Notes: generated by a model not told the origin, from the letters alone. A DNA stretch of 64,000 nt from Macrostomum lignano (GCA_002269645.1 NIVC01003073.1:5236-69235); one strand, 5' to 3'. Positions 1 through 10,980 are shown, numbered from the stretch's first letter. Numbers and translations: made by a program.

Positions 1-1117
1 TCGATTTGTCGGTCGACTTCGCCGCGCCAATGTGGCGGTAGCCGTCGCGGAGGCTGTTTTACGGCTGTTCCGGTGGTCTCAATTTCATGCTGCACGATGT
101 CCGTCGTCCCGAGGCGCGCTGTACTCTCTGCGAAAACATCTGCGTATCGATTCACCAATCTTAGGAAACTCGCTTTGTCTGCCCCCGTGAGCTGCTTGGA
201 GCCGTGCTGGTTCAGTGCCGCCTCTGGGTCCCATGGATCGCAGCTGGGTCGTAAAACCGACGCTTGCTCTTCGATGCTGGCTACCAGAACCTCTTGAGCC
301 GGATCTGATGGTCGAAACCAGCCGATGACAGCTCCCTTCCGCAGCCGCAGCTCGGAGTCCGTGACATTCGCGAAGTGAACTGGTAGGGTGTTGCCCTGCT
401 GGATGAGGCAGACGCTCCTGGCTAGCATTGGTCTCTCATCGCTCTTCAGTTTTTCGTCTGGCTCGGCGACGCCGAGCACTCCGGAATTCTGTGTCGCTGT
501 TCTCCGAATCCTGGCTGAGACGGTCCGTTCGTGATTGGCCGGAATGATCAAGTTTTCGTTCAGGTACAACCGGCAGACGACTGGTTTGTGCTTGGTCTCT
601 CGGATTGGCACACGTGAACCGTTCACGCGGAAAACTCCTCCGGCGAAATCGATTTGGCACCGGTGGCGGCGTAAGAAGTCGGTGCCTAGCAACAGTTCGT
701 AGCCGACCCCTTGGACCACCGCAATTGGCGTCTGTAAAGTTTCTGATCCGAACTGTAGGGGAAGCGACGCGCATCCTAACACATTCATGGAGTTCCGTTC
801 GCTGAGATCAGGTGGGTTTCCGAAGGGCTGAGTTCAACTCGAACCGACTTGCTCAACTGCCGCCAGGTCCTCTCGTTCACCAGCGACATGACCGAGCCCG
901 AATCCAACAGACACGGCAACTCAATCTCGCCAATTTTTACCGACACGTAGATTGACACGGGATTAAAAGCTGTTGCAGGTTGATCTCTATCTCTTGAGCA
1001 GTCCGCCGGACATCCTGCTGCACGTCGCTCCGGGGCTGCATCTTCGTCTCGGGTTGGGGCCTCTACTGTCTCGGCGGAACTCCCTCGCCCCTGCGGAAGT
1101 TCCCCTTGCCGTTTCCC
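1..1117 (-). CDS. pol: pol polyprotein, partial (protease plus start of RT), in the -1 frame relative to gag; one 1-nt frameshift near 789
   Basis: Manual translation gives CLLDSGSVMSLV (protease DSG) and LISANGTP, then a frameshift, then MNVLG, LLLGTDFL, LVNRYADVF, LGTTDIVQHEIET and KQPPRRLPPHWRGEVDRQI (typical Gypsy pre-RT motifs). Each segment is open apart from the single shift. Confidence 0.9.
1056..1117 (-). promoter_or_regulatory. -1 programmed ribosomal frameshift signal: G GGA AAC slippery site plus H-type pseudoknot
   Basis: Heptamer GGGAAAC at 1117-1111 in the gag frame, then a 7-nt spacer. Stem 1 is GGAACTTCC (1103-1095) / GGGAGTTCC (1084-1076), 9 bp. Loop GGGGC (1091-1087) can pair with GCCCC (1060-1056). 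A -1 shift leads into the protease frame. Confidence 0.8.
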
Positions 1118-2043
1118 TGTTGCTGACGGGTTGGGCAGTTAGTCGCGATGTGCCCTGGCTTGTTGCAGAAGAAGCAGCGAATTCCTCCCGTTCGTCGAGG
1201 CTTCTGATGGTCGCCTTCGTCGGAGTCGGTCGGTCGAGCTGCGGCGCTGCTATGCGGTTCCGCTCTCAGCGACTCGAGCTGAACCACTTTGCCTTGAAGC
1301 TGCCTCACCAGTTTCTTCAACTCCTCGAGCTCTTTGTCCTTTTCTTGGGAGTAGGCTCCATCCTCCCGAGGCACAGATTCCGCCGCGCCGCTCACCACGA
1401 AGACTCCTCGGTAGCCGCTGCCAGTTGCTCCAGCCGATCTCGGTCCCTTCGCCGCCTTGGACGCCGCCTCGAGCTGCCTCACCGCGCGTTGTGCTGCCAC
1501 CAGACCTTCGGGCTGCTGCAGGTAGAGCTTCTCTCGCTGGAGGTCGGAGAGTCTCACCCCTTGCATGAAGCGATCCTTCGCGAGGTCGTCCTGCAGCTCG
1601 GCAGTTGCCGCCGGGTAGGCACAGCGCACCAGTTCAAGGAGAGCATCTGCGTAGGCCTCCAACGACTCGCCATCCTTCTGATCTCGGGTTTTTAGCTCGA
1701 CCTTGCTGTCCTGCTCTGTCCGGTACCGGGAGAAGCGAGCCTCCAACCGGGCGGTGAATCCCTCGTAGTCCAGCGGATCCACAGGATCGTCGGGTCCCGG
1801 CAGGTTCAGATTATCGACCGCAGCGTACGCCGTAGCGAGATCCAGCATGCTCATCAAGTGCTCGCGGCGATGCTCCTCGTCAATCTCGGCGGAGTCGCAA
1901 TAAGCGTTGAAAGAGCGCAGCCAGAGTCGAAAATTCATGCTTGACGTGTACTTCACGGGCTTCGGGAGTCTCGGTGGCTGGGCTGGTCCATCCGCTCGCA
2001 GACGCTCGGCTAGCAGCCGAATCAGTTCGTCCACATTCGCCAT
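1063..2043 (-). CDS. gag: Gag (capsid-like region plus CX2CX4HX4C zinc knuckle), 326 aa
   Basis: ATG lies 25 nt after the PBS. Contains the CFFCNKPGHIATNC knuckle and FRLWLRSFNAYC and LAKDRFMQG segments resembling retrotransposon Gag. Confidence 0.95.
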   Translation of the reverse strand: MANVDELIRLLAERLRADGPAQPPRLPKPVKYTSSMNFRLWLRSFNAYCDSAEIDEEHRREHLMSMLDLATAYAAVDNLNLPGPDDPVDPLDYEGFTARLEARFSRYRTEQDSKVELKTRDQKDGESLEAYADALLELVRCAYPAATAELQDDLAKDRFMQGVRLSDLQREKLYLQQPEGLVAAQRAVRQLEAASKAAKGPRSAGATGSGYRGVFVVSGAAESVPREDGAYSQEKDKELEELKKLVRQLQGKVVQLESLRAEPHSSAAARPTDSDEGDHQKPRRTGGIRCFFCNKPGHIATNCPTRQQQGNGKGNFRRGEGVPPRQ

Positions 2044-2067
2044 GACAGCTCACAAGCAAACTGAGCA

Positions 2068-2085
2068 GTCCCTGTTCGGGCGCCA
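2068..2085 (-). promoter_or_regulatory. Primer binding site complementary to the tRNA-Lys(UUU) 3' end
   Basis: TGGCGCCCGAACAGGGAC, 18 nt, one base after the LTR terminal CA. This is the known tRNA-Lys3 PBS sequence. Confidence 0.95.
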
Positions 2086-2253
2086 ATGTTGTATCCCCCT
2101 TCCTCGCTGGCACGGCCGGGTTGGGTGACGGGTAGCGGTGTCGGGGTTCGGGTACTGGACTGCCCAGGGCTTACGAGCTCGATCGGCGACCCCGAGGCGT
2201 ACGGACACTTCGGGGGAGGTCAAGGTTGAGAAGTCGAGAGAGAGGGGAGGGGC

Positions 2254-2557
2254 GGCTGTGGGCGGGCGGCCACTCGACAGCCTGGTGAGTCAAGGAAGAG
2301 AGAGAGGGCTGCGGGCGGTCGGCCACTCGACAGCCTGGTGAGTCAAGGAAAAGAGAGAGGGCTGTGGGCGGGCGGCCACTCGACAGCCTGGTGAGTCAAG
2401 GAAGAGAGAGAGGGCTGCGGGCGGTCGGCCACTCGACAGCCTGGTGAGTCAAGGAAAAGAGAGAGGGCTGTGGGCGGGCGGCCACTCGACAGCCTGGTGA
2501 GTCAAGGAAGAGAGAGAGGGCTGCGGGCGGTCGGCCACTCGACAGCCTGGTGAGTCA
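2254..2557 (-). repeat. Six tandem copies of a ~53-55 bp unit in the LTR U5/leader region
   Basis: CCACTCGACAGCCTGGTGAGTCA is repeated six times, with GTGAGT starting at 2285, 2338, 2391, 2444, about 2497 and about 2550. Confidence 0.9.
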
Positions 2558-2680
2558 GACTGAGGAGAGAGTGAGAGAGAGAGAGATCAGGAGAGCGACC
2601 CCGAGGAACACAGGCAATTGTCTCGACAGCTTACCGGGCCGGGTCGATTATAGCACTCATACACGGGAAGGCCGATCGAT

Positions 2681-2723
2681 TGCAATAAATTGAGTCTTCG
2701 CAGTAAGAGACCGTCTTTACGGC
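2681..2723 (-). other. Spliced-leader exon-like sequence embedded in the LTR
   Basis: (G)CCGTAAAGACGGTCTCTTACTGCGAAGACTCAATTTATTGCA matches the Macrostomum lignano SL as I recall it (ending ...ATTTATTGCATG), lacking only the final TG. Confidence 0.85.
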
Positions 2724-3421
2724 TGATCGCTGGTCACGTTCGTTTATTTATCGCGGTGGGCGCAAATGGGCGCAGGCACGGTGAGAAAAGGGGCGGGGTC
2801 TGAGCGTCGCCTTAAATAACGAGTAAAAAGGGGCAGGGGCGCAAACAAGGGGGGGGGAGAAAGGGCTTAAACAATGGAGCTGATTGACAGCTGATTGGCT
2901 GCGGCGAGGGAGGGTGGAAGCGCGCACGGCCAGGGAGAGGGAGAGAGAGCAGAGGCCCAGCCAATCAGCACGGCTAGCCAAAGGGCTAAACAGCCAAGGC
3001 GAGAGAGAGAGAGAAAGAGAGCAGAGGCTCAGCCAAAGGGCTCATAGCTCCAGACTGGCTTGAGCCGGGGGGGGGGGGGGTAACAATAATCAACTACCAA
3101 AGTCAACAACTATCAAAGTGCACTTGCACCAGGGGAGCACTGTGACACAGGTCACAACACATGTACAGTGGGAATTGGGTGATTTAGTTTTGTGTGCAGG
3201 GGACAGGAAACTCAGTCAGACCACGGACTGTATGAAAACTGATTGAGTATCTCGGGACAAAGAAGCAACAGAAAAAGACCGAGCGTCAACTATTCAATCA
3301 TCATTTCTCTCTTTTCAAGCTGCTTCAAAAATGAAAAATCGAACGTGTAAAAACATAACTTGTTTCCGCACAAGACACCCACTAGCTCCATCTAAAAATG
3401 TGTTGAAATTCATGTTTCAGG

Positions 3422-3720
3422 CGAATATCTGGAAAGCGGATTAATCTAGAGACACGATTCTTTCTGCGGGTGATACCGACTGGCACACTCTAATGATGTG
3501 TAGAGTCCCAAAAGTGAGGCTACTGATACAGCTTGGCAATTCCTGATTGATTTTCCCGGATTTGCCCATTTGAATGCATTAGAATTTTCCCGAATCGCCG
3601 CCTTCGAATATCTAGAAAGCGGATTAATCTAGAGACACGATTCTTTCTGCGGGTGATACCGACTGGCACACTCTAATGATGTGTAGAATCCCAAAGCTGA
3701 GGCTACTGATACAGCTTGGA
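3422..3720. repeat. Direct duplication of a ~115-bp segment (period 183)
   Basis: GAATATCT(G/A)GAAAGCGGATTAATCTAGAGACACG...GATACAGCTTGG occurs at about 3422 and about 3605. Confidence 0.85.
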
Positions 3721-3831
3721 AATGTATACAAGCCTTTTGACTGTCAACTGTCACGTCACCGTGTCATTATCTCCCGGTTGCGGTTTGGTGGGGGGAGGCT
3801 GTCAGTGTTCTCTCAATTGGCCGCCTTTCAA

Positions 3832-5042
3832 CCAGTGGGAACAAATATTCTATAGAATTCTATAGAACTACAAAGCGATTCCATAGAAAAATCGTGTCTT
3901 TCCGTGAACCCAACTGAACCCCGACAATTTATCCCAGGAAGTCAGGATCAGGATTGGGAACGCATCTAAACTCTAAACAATAAAGAAAAGAAAATTATAT
4001 GCTAGCTAAATTTTATCCATGTTAAGTTGCTTAAGTTTCTCACTATGGATGCTTGCAGAAGGGCTGTTGCGGTACTTAGTATATCATTTGGTTCCGCAGC
4101 TAGTCACAGGTAATTCAGCCCATTCCACGGACTCGTGCACAAACACACACAGATACGTAGCTTGTACGCAGGCAGGCAGGCACCAACTCAACAAGTGTGT
4201 ACATCTGCCCCTAATTTTTTTGAGTCAGGCATTGTCATTATTAAATAGGTTCTTTCAACGGCAAGAGACTCAGGGAGAGAGAATCAAGAAGAGATAATCT
4301 GGGAAAAATAATCATGAAAAGAGACTCAGGGAGAGAGAATCAAGAAGAGATAATCTGGGAAAAATAATCATGAAAAGAGACTCAGGGAGAGAGAATCAAG
4401 AAGAGATAATCTGGGAAAAATAATCATGAAAAGAGACTCAGGGAGAGAGAATCAAGAAGAGATAATCTGGGAAAAATAATCATGAAAAGAGACTCAGGGA
4501 GAGAGAATCAAGAAGAGATAATCTGGGAAAAATAATCATGAAAAGAGACTCAGGGAGAGAGAATCAAGAAGAGATAATCTGGGAAAAATAATCATGAAAA
4601 GAGACTCAGGGAGAGAGAATCAAGAAGAGATAATCTGGGAAAAATAATCATGAAAAGAGACTCAGGGAGAGAGAATCAAGAAGAGATAATCTGGGAAAAA
4701 TAATCATGAAAAGAGACTCAGGGAGAGAGAATCAAGAAGCTAGAATTAGAAGCAATTAGAATCCGGATATTTAAGCGTTTTTTCGTGTAGTCGACGAAAG
4801 CTTTCAAAACAAGAAATCGATTTTTTATCACGACAAGTCAGCCGCCCCGAGCGACCTTAAGGCGACCGTGAGGCGACCGAATGAAAGTGCATAAGAGCTT
4901 AGGAAAAACATCCAAAGTACCATTTTTTGCTGAAAATGCTCTCTAGATTGCAATTAAAGTACTCTAAGAACAAACTCCAAAAATATTTGGGCGATCGTTT
5001 GGGCGGCGCCGCCCGCAGTCGCCCCCAGTTTTTTCCCACTGG
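3832..5042. mobile_element. Possible non-autonomous TIR DNA element (short CCAGTGGGAA termini) containing the 56-bp satellite
   Basis: CCAGTGGGAA at 3832 and TTCCCACTGG at 5033, with AA flanks near both ends. The TIR is only 10 bp. Confidence 0.25.
4263..4738. repeat. 56-bp tandem repeat, about 8.5 near-identical copies
   Basis: Unit AAGAGACTCAGGGAGAGAGAATCAAGAAGAGATAATCTGGGAAAAATAATCATGAA. Confidence 0.95.
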
Positions 5043-6825
5043 GAATGTACATATACAATTTGAGATAGATAGGGATTAATGCAAGTACATGGGATTAATT
5101 TACATATGCTAGTACATATAGAAATATGCTATGTATATGTATATCACGTTTAGGATAGCGTTTTCATATACTACTTACTTCATTTTGAGATAGTAGTATA
5201 GTTTGCGTTTTTTGCGTCAAAACATCTGAAAACCCAGCAGTTTCTGCGCATTACGTAGTCGCGCGGTATTTATATACCCACAGAATCAGTGCAGTAAAAC
5301 AACTGGTAGACCTCTTGTCACACATATACGGTAACCAGTGAAGCATGAGTTTCCAGTGAATTAATTTCGCACGTTAGTATGATCTCAGAAGTCATTAGTA
5401 ATTAATACTAATTAGCGTAATATAAACGATGAATTCTAGGAGCCCTACCACACTTAGAACTAGGCCCCTAGTTTTCTTTTCAATTTCAGATGGGTGGGCA
5501 GCAGAGAAAGCAAAGCACGACAGTCGGGTGAACGATAGTTACCAAATTCTTGTGTATTTACATGCAGTTTATTTTGCCGTGCAAGAAATGATGCATTGCT
5601 TAATTTTTTGAGTTTATTAAAAACTTCAGTGTACGCAGGCCTAGCGGCTTAAATCGATCAATCAATTCGTCTGCAAAGTAACTTACAAGCTTACAGGTGA
5701 TCGATGTAGCTTTATTTCGTTATCGGGATCATGATTTTTAGACTAGATGTGATGTGGATAACTGCATTACATGTATATCGCGATTGCACTTGCATGCCAC
5801 TCGGTCACACCCGCTGCATAACTGCAGAGCATACCTACAGCACAGTCCTGTGATATACATGTATTACCATTCAATCTCTATGGATACTGGATAATAATGA
5901 ATCACAGAGGTCCCAATTATCATAGTAAATGCACTATCGATAAGACAATTATATGTTCTTTAACCTCCAGCTCGATTTATAAGAAAATCGAATGTAGCGT
6001 CCTACTACTCATGTACTCCATCAAGAACTCCGCGACCCATTCCGCGGCGGCGGCTTCAGCATGCTGGCAATCGACAAAACGCCGAGTACACGCCTGTCCC
6101 CGTCAGTGGGGTGCCTGCAGTGTCAGCGGCAGTACGACTGGTCTCCAGCTGGAGTCGCCGACAGCGCAACAGTTGTCCATGGATAGCTGTTACACACAAA
6201 CATTGCTAGTCAACCAGAAGCTGCCGGTATGTAGATGCTGTAACTACAAGTTTTCTCTGTCTGTCAACTGACCCGCGACATCTTACAGAAAAACAACGAT
6301 TTGCTTCGCAGTTGACATGTAGGACTAGCTAAAGACCTAACAAAAAGGAAGATAAGTTGAAAGGGTCGCGCGAATTAGCACTAGAGAGCCAGCAGAGAAA
6401 GAGCAGAGTGCTTGAATTCATGCCGATCGGCCCTCTGCATCGGCATCGCCTGTCGTGACTTAACACTTTGCTTTCGAGCTTTCGAGTGAGTGAGTGAGTG
6501 AAAGTCTTGACAACGCGGAATTCAAGGAGGGAGCGGCGCAACAGCCTTTAGGAGAGAAAATTCGTGTGAGGGAGTAGAGATGGAAATGGAAAGGGGGAGG
6601 CTGAAGACGCTGTTTGGAGCCCCGGGAAGAAAATTAAATTTCGTCTCCGGTCCGCTTTTATTAGATTCTGACCGGCTCGGTTCGGCTGCATCGCCTCGCC
6701 TCTCAGGGCTTCGGTCGTAGGTCATTTGCGCCCTCCATTTTCTAGTGTTTTATTTTTAGTGTATTCAGCAGCGCTTCCGGCTACTCTGCCATCTTCATCA
6801 GTCTCTGTCGATACCAGTGCTTTGC

Positions 6826-6990
6826 TGTCTGTCTGTCTGTCTGCTTGTTTGTCTATCTGCCTGTCTGTCCGTCTGTCTGTCTGTCTGTCTGCCTGTTTGT
6901 CTGTCTGTCTGTCTGTAGTGTCTGTCTGTTTGTCAGAGTGTCTGTCTGTCTGTCCGTCTGTCTGTCTGTCCGTCTGTCTGTCTGTCTGTG

Positions 6991-7021
<31 letters not shown>

Positions 7022-7022
7022 G

Positions 7023-7095
<73 letters not shown>

Positions 7096-7141
7096 GTGTC
7101 TGTGTCTATCTTAGTGTCTCTCTGTCCATGTCTGTCTGTCT
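6826..7141. repeat. (CTGT)n microsatellite
   Basis: Direct inspection. Confidence 0.95.
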
Positions 7142-8007
7142 TCTTCTTATCCCAGATCTGCTAGAATTCTAGCCTTTGATCGATTCACTTCTAGTATTCC
7201 AAGGCGCAACCCAAAACACACTGATGTTACATCAGCACGGGCTGTTCAACATCTATTCAAAACCCTTTTGACAATTATCGAACCAATTTCCTTTTCACCA
7301 AATGACCTCTCAGCACTCGGCTCCTCTCTTTCTGGCCTTGTCCCCACAGGCCGGCAGTCTATCATACTCGCTACTGCAAATCGAGTTTCCATCACTCTAC
7401 AGCCAGCCTGGCCCAGCCAGCCAGAATACTAAAGAAAGCAATTCAGCCGACGTTGCTTGCTTTTTTGCTGCTGTTGCCGTTGTCTGTGTTCAGTTTGTAA
7501 CCCGGCGTGACGCAATCAAACCCTGCAATTTACAGGCTTAATTGCGCGCTGTCGCTGCAGTTACGCTTTTTGCTATGCGTACTTCGGGTGCCGTCCATCT
7601 ACCTTCATCTCAGCAGCAAAATGTAAAGGGTAATTGAAAGCTTGCATGCGAGCCAGCTGAGTGTGTTTTTGTGACCTCTATACGAGTTATAGGGCTGGAA
7701 CTGGCCTGCGCAATGGACTGACTAACTTTTTTGGGTAGGTAGCTTCCCCTGTGACACGAATAGTTGCTGCTAAAGGCGTGAAGTCAGCACTGCTAAGCAC
7801 TAGTGCGCGTTCATGTTGGCGCATATGAGAGCACCACCTGCCATGCTGAACGTTAATTTATGCGCGCATATCTGCACGAACCGCTTTTTCGATTAGTTCT
7901 ACCTAGATTTCAAATACTCTCGTATATGCTAGTACTTGCAGGTCTGCTTCTCGCCAGACCAAGGTCAAACCCAATGTGCTAACAAGCTGTAGCACTGACA
8001 GTCAGTC

Positions 8008-8108
8008 ATCTCTCTTCTCCCTCTCTCTCGCTCTCGCTCTCTTCTCTCTCGCTCTCTTCCTCTCTCTTCTCCCTCTCTCTCGCTCTCGCTCTCTTCTCTC
8101 TCGCTCTC

Positions 8109-8152
<44 letters not shown>

Positions 8153-8755
8153 CTCCCTCTCTTCTCTCTCTCTCTTCTCTCTCGCTCCTTTCTCCCTCTC
8201 TCTCTCTTCTCTCTCTTCTCTCTCGCTCTCTTCTCCCTCTCCCTCTTCTCTCTCGCTCTCTTCTCCCTCTCTCTCTCTCTCTTCTCCCTCCCTCTCTTCT
8301 CTCTCTCTCTTCTCTCTCGCTCCTTTTTCCCCCTCTCTCTCTTCTCTCTCTTCTCTCTCGCTCTCTTCTCCCTCTCCCTCTTCTCTCTCGCTCTCTTCTC
8401 CCTCTCTCTCTCTCTCTTCTCCCTCCCTCTCTTCTCTCTCTCTCTTCTCTCTCGCTCCTTTCTCCCTCTCTCTCTCTTCTCTCTCGCTCCTTTCTCCCTC
8501 TCTCTCTCTTCTCTCTCTTCTCTCTCGCTCTCTTCTCTCTCTCGCTCTCTTCTCTCTCTCGCTCCTTTCTCCCTCTCTCTCTCTCTTCTCTCTCTTCTCT
8601 CTCGCTCTCTTCTCTCTCTCGCTCTCTTCTCTCTCTCGCTCCTTTCTCCCTCTCTCTCTCTTCTCTCTCTTCTCTCTCTCGCTCTCTTCTCGCTCTCGCT
8701 CTCGCTCTCTTCTCGCCCTCGCTCTCTTCTCCCTCTCGCTCTCTTCTCCCTTTCT
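8008..8755. repeat. CT-rich compound microsatellite
   Basis: Mosaic of (CT)n, CTCG and CTT units. Confidence 0.95.
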
Positions 8756-9410
8756 TCTCCCTATTTCCCTCCTCTTCCCTTTCATTCCCCCATAGCCGGC
8801 TCCTTTACCCCTTCTCTCTATCGGCATAGCAGACCCAGACAGGCCCGCAACCAAACAGAGGGACACCGCCACCCCTGGGTCCTCAAAAATTTCAATCTAG
8901 CAATCTACTAGAGCAATCGGGTCTACAGCGAGTGCCAGCAGTTTATCTCTGCTGCAGCATCCTCCATCAGACTGAAGTGGCTCCTAGCGCTTGCCCGGCT
9001 CACAGCCATAAAATATTTATCGCCCTGACCTCAGAAGCCCGCATGTGGATGAGTGCAGCAGCTCATCCTGCATGACTCAAACCAGCTGCATATTCATCCA
9101 GCCTTGTGCTTCTGGTTGGCATTAAAATTTCAATAAACTGTGCTGCCATTTCCTCATTAAATTGACTGAATGACACTTTCACATTATTAAAGGGTATTGG
9201 CCTGAGCTCTGCTCCACCCCGTGAGAGTCTCGTGGGCTTTGAAAATTTCAAATTTAAAAAATCCAACAAATAATCCGATTGACGATGTGTGGAGCTCTGC
9301 AGCCTCTGCTGGCATTTCATTTTTTGAGGAACTGCAGGGCTCATCTGGCCTGTGCGCCCTCCGTGACTTATTCTTGACTTCCCTTCTGTCTTTCCGTTCA
9401 CTCTTCTCTG

Positions 9411-10122
9411 TGTCGTGTCCTGTCCTGTCCTGTCCTGTCCTATATTTCTCTTTGTCCTGTCCTGTCCTGTCCTGTCCTGTCCTGTCCTGTCCTTTCCTGT
9501 CTTGTATTTCTCTCTGTCCTGTCCTGTCCTGTCCTGTCCTGTCCTATATTTCTCTTTGTCATGTCCTGTCCTGTCCTGTCCTGTCCTGTCCTGTCCTGTC
9601 CTTTCCTGTCTTGTATTTCTCTCTGTCCTGTCCTGTCCTGTCCTGTCCTGTCCTGTCCTATATTTCTCTTTGTCATGTCCTGTCCTGTCATATCCTGTCC
9701 TGTTCTATATTTCTCTTTGTCATGTCCTGTCCTGTCCTGTCCTGTCCTGTCCTTTCCTGTCTTGTATTTCTCTCTGTCCTGTCCTGTCCTGTCCTGTCCT
9801 GTCCTGTCCTGTCCTTTCCTGTCTTGTATTTCTCTCTGTCCTGTCCTGTCCTGTCCTGTCCTGTCCTGTCCTGTCCTGTCCTGTCCTGTCCTGTCCTGTC
9901 CTGTCCTGTCTTGTATTTCTCTCTGTCCTGTCCTGTCCTGTCCTGTCCTGTCCTGTCCTGTCCTGTCCTGTCTTGTATTTCTCTCTGTCCTGTCCTGTCC
10001 TGTCCTGTCCTGTCCTGTCCTGTCCTGTCCTGTCCTGTCCTGTCTTGTATTTCTCTCTGTCCTGTCCTGTCCTGTCCTGTCCTGTCCTGTCCTGTCCTGT
10101 CCTGTCCTGTCATATCCTGTCC
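9411..10122. repeat. (CCTGT)n pentamer array punctuated by CTTGTATTTCTCTCTGT-type spacers
   Basis: Direct inspection. Confidence 0.95.
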
Positions 10123-10599
10123 TCTCCTTTCCTCGTCCAACCATCCTCGTCTTCTACAACTCAGACAAGATACAAGCGGACAGACTAAGAAAGCTAAGAG
10201 GACTGAAGCAGTGCAGCTGCTAATCCAATTGAGCGCCGATAACTGCATGCCAGAACATTATTGGCTGCAATCAGCGGCTCTGCACTCCTGGCAACACTGA
10301 TGGCCGGCCCACTTGACCCATGCTAAACTGGCACTCCATGTCCAACTGCTTTTACCAGTGCACTTGGCAACCAAGCCGAGCTGTCAAGAGGAGGTGAAAC
10401 TTGATAGCTAGCTAAGGGACAGGCGGACTGTCTGGGGATGAGAGGAGGCTGGGCCTGGCTTCACATCTTATCTGACTAGCTATCTGCCCAGCAACCATTG
10501 GTCTTCTGTTGACTGCGTACTGGGTGGAACCTGCGTTCAATGGTGAAGTTTTAAAAAAAATTTTTGCAGATTTCCAATCAGGACACAGTCACCCCATTT

Positions 10600-10980
10600 A
10601 TATATCCCAATCTCTCCCTTGATTTATCTCAATCTCACTCTTCATCTAACCCAATCTCACCCTTCATCCAAACCCTATCTCACCGTTCATCTAAACACTA
10701 TCTCACCCTTCATCTAAACCCTATCTCACCCTTCATCTAAACCCTATCTCACCTCTCTTTTAACCCAATCTCACCCTTCATCTTTCCTAATCTCACCCTT
10801 TATCTTTCCTAATCTCATCTCCCATCTATCCCAATCTCACCCTTCATCTTTCCCATTCTCATCTCCCATCTATCCCAATCTCGCTCTCAAGCTATTCCAG
10901 ACTCACACTTTGTCTAACTCAATCTCACCCTTCATCTATTCTAGTCTCACCCTCTGCTAAATCTCTAATCTCACCATTCA
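10600..10980. repeat. Degenerate ~23-bp pyrimidine-rich minisatellite (ATCTCACCCTTCATCT core)
   Basis: Recurrent core motif. Confidence 0.75.

Larger units (their letters stand above)
1..3086 (-). mobile_element. Ty3/Gypsy LTR retrotransposon, 5' half (LTR-PBS-gag-pol); continues beyond the left edge of the window
   Basis: On the - strand the order is LTR (TG...CA), PBS, gag with CCHC knuckle, aspartic protease, then the RT N-terminus. Protease followed directly by RT is the Ty3/Gypsy order. Confidence 0.95.
2087..3086 (-). repeat. 5' LTR, about 1000 bp
   Basis: On the - strand it starts TGTTAC and ends ACAACA (TGTT/AACA inverted termini) and abuts the PBS. It has CCAAT-like motifs, a TATTTAA at about 2819-2813 and TAAATAAA at 2750-2743. 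The outer boundary is inferred because the second LTR is outside the window. Confidence 0.75.

Noticed and set aside
973-1695. 240-aa + strand ORF antisense to gag, and similar antisense ORFs over the 556-aa gene, RMND5, PRDM10 and the dioxygenase
   Set aside because: These are shadow ORFs expected opposite GC3-rich coding sequence.
2068-2085. HIV-1 or lentiviral vector contamination (identical PBS)
   Set aside because: The PBS is simply complementary to the conserved tRNA-Lys(UUU) 3' end; the flanking gag and pol are Ty3/Gypsy, not lentiviral.
2681-2723. A bona fide SL RNA gene
   Set aside because: There is no AUG|GU donor at the end of the leader and no Sm-binding site downstream, and it lies inside an LTR.
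5630-5655. TTAA-flanked sequence as another piggyBac end
   Set aside because: No matching inverted end or transposase fragment could be identified.
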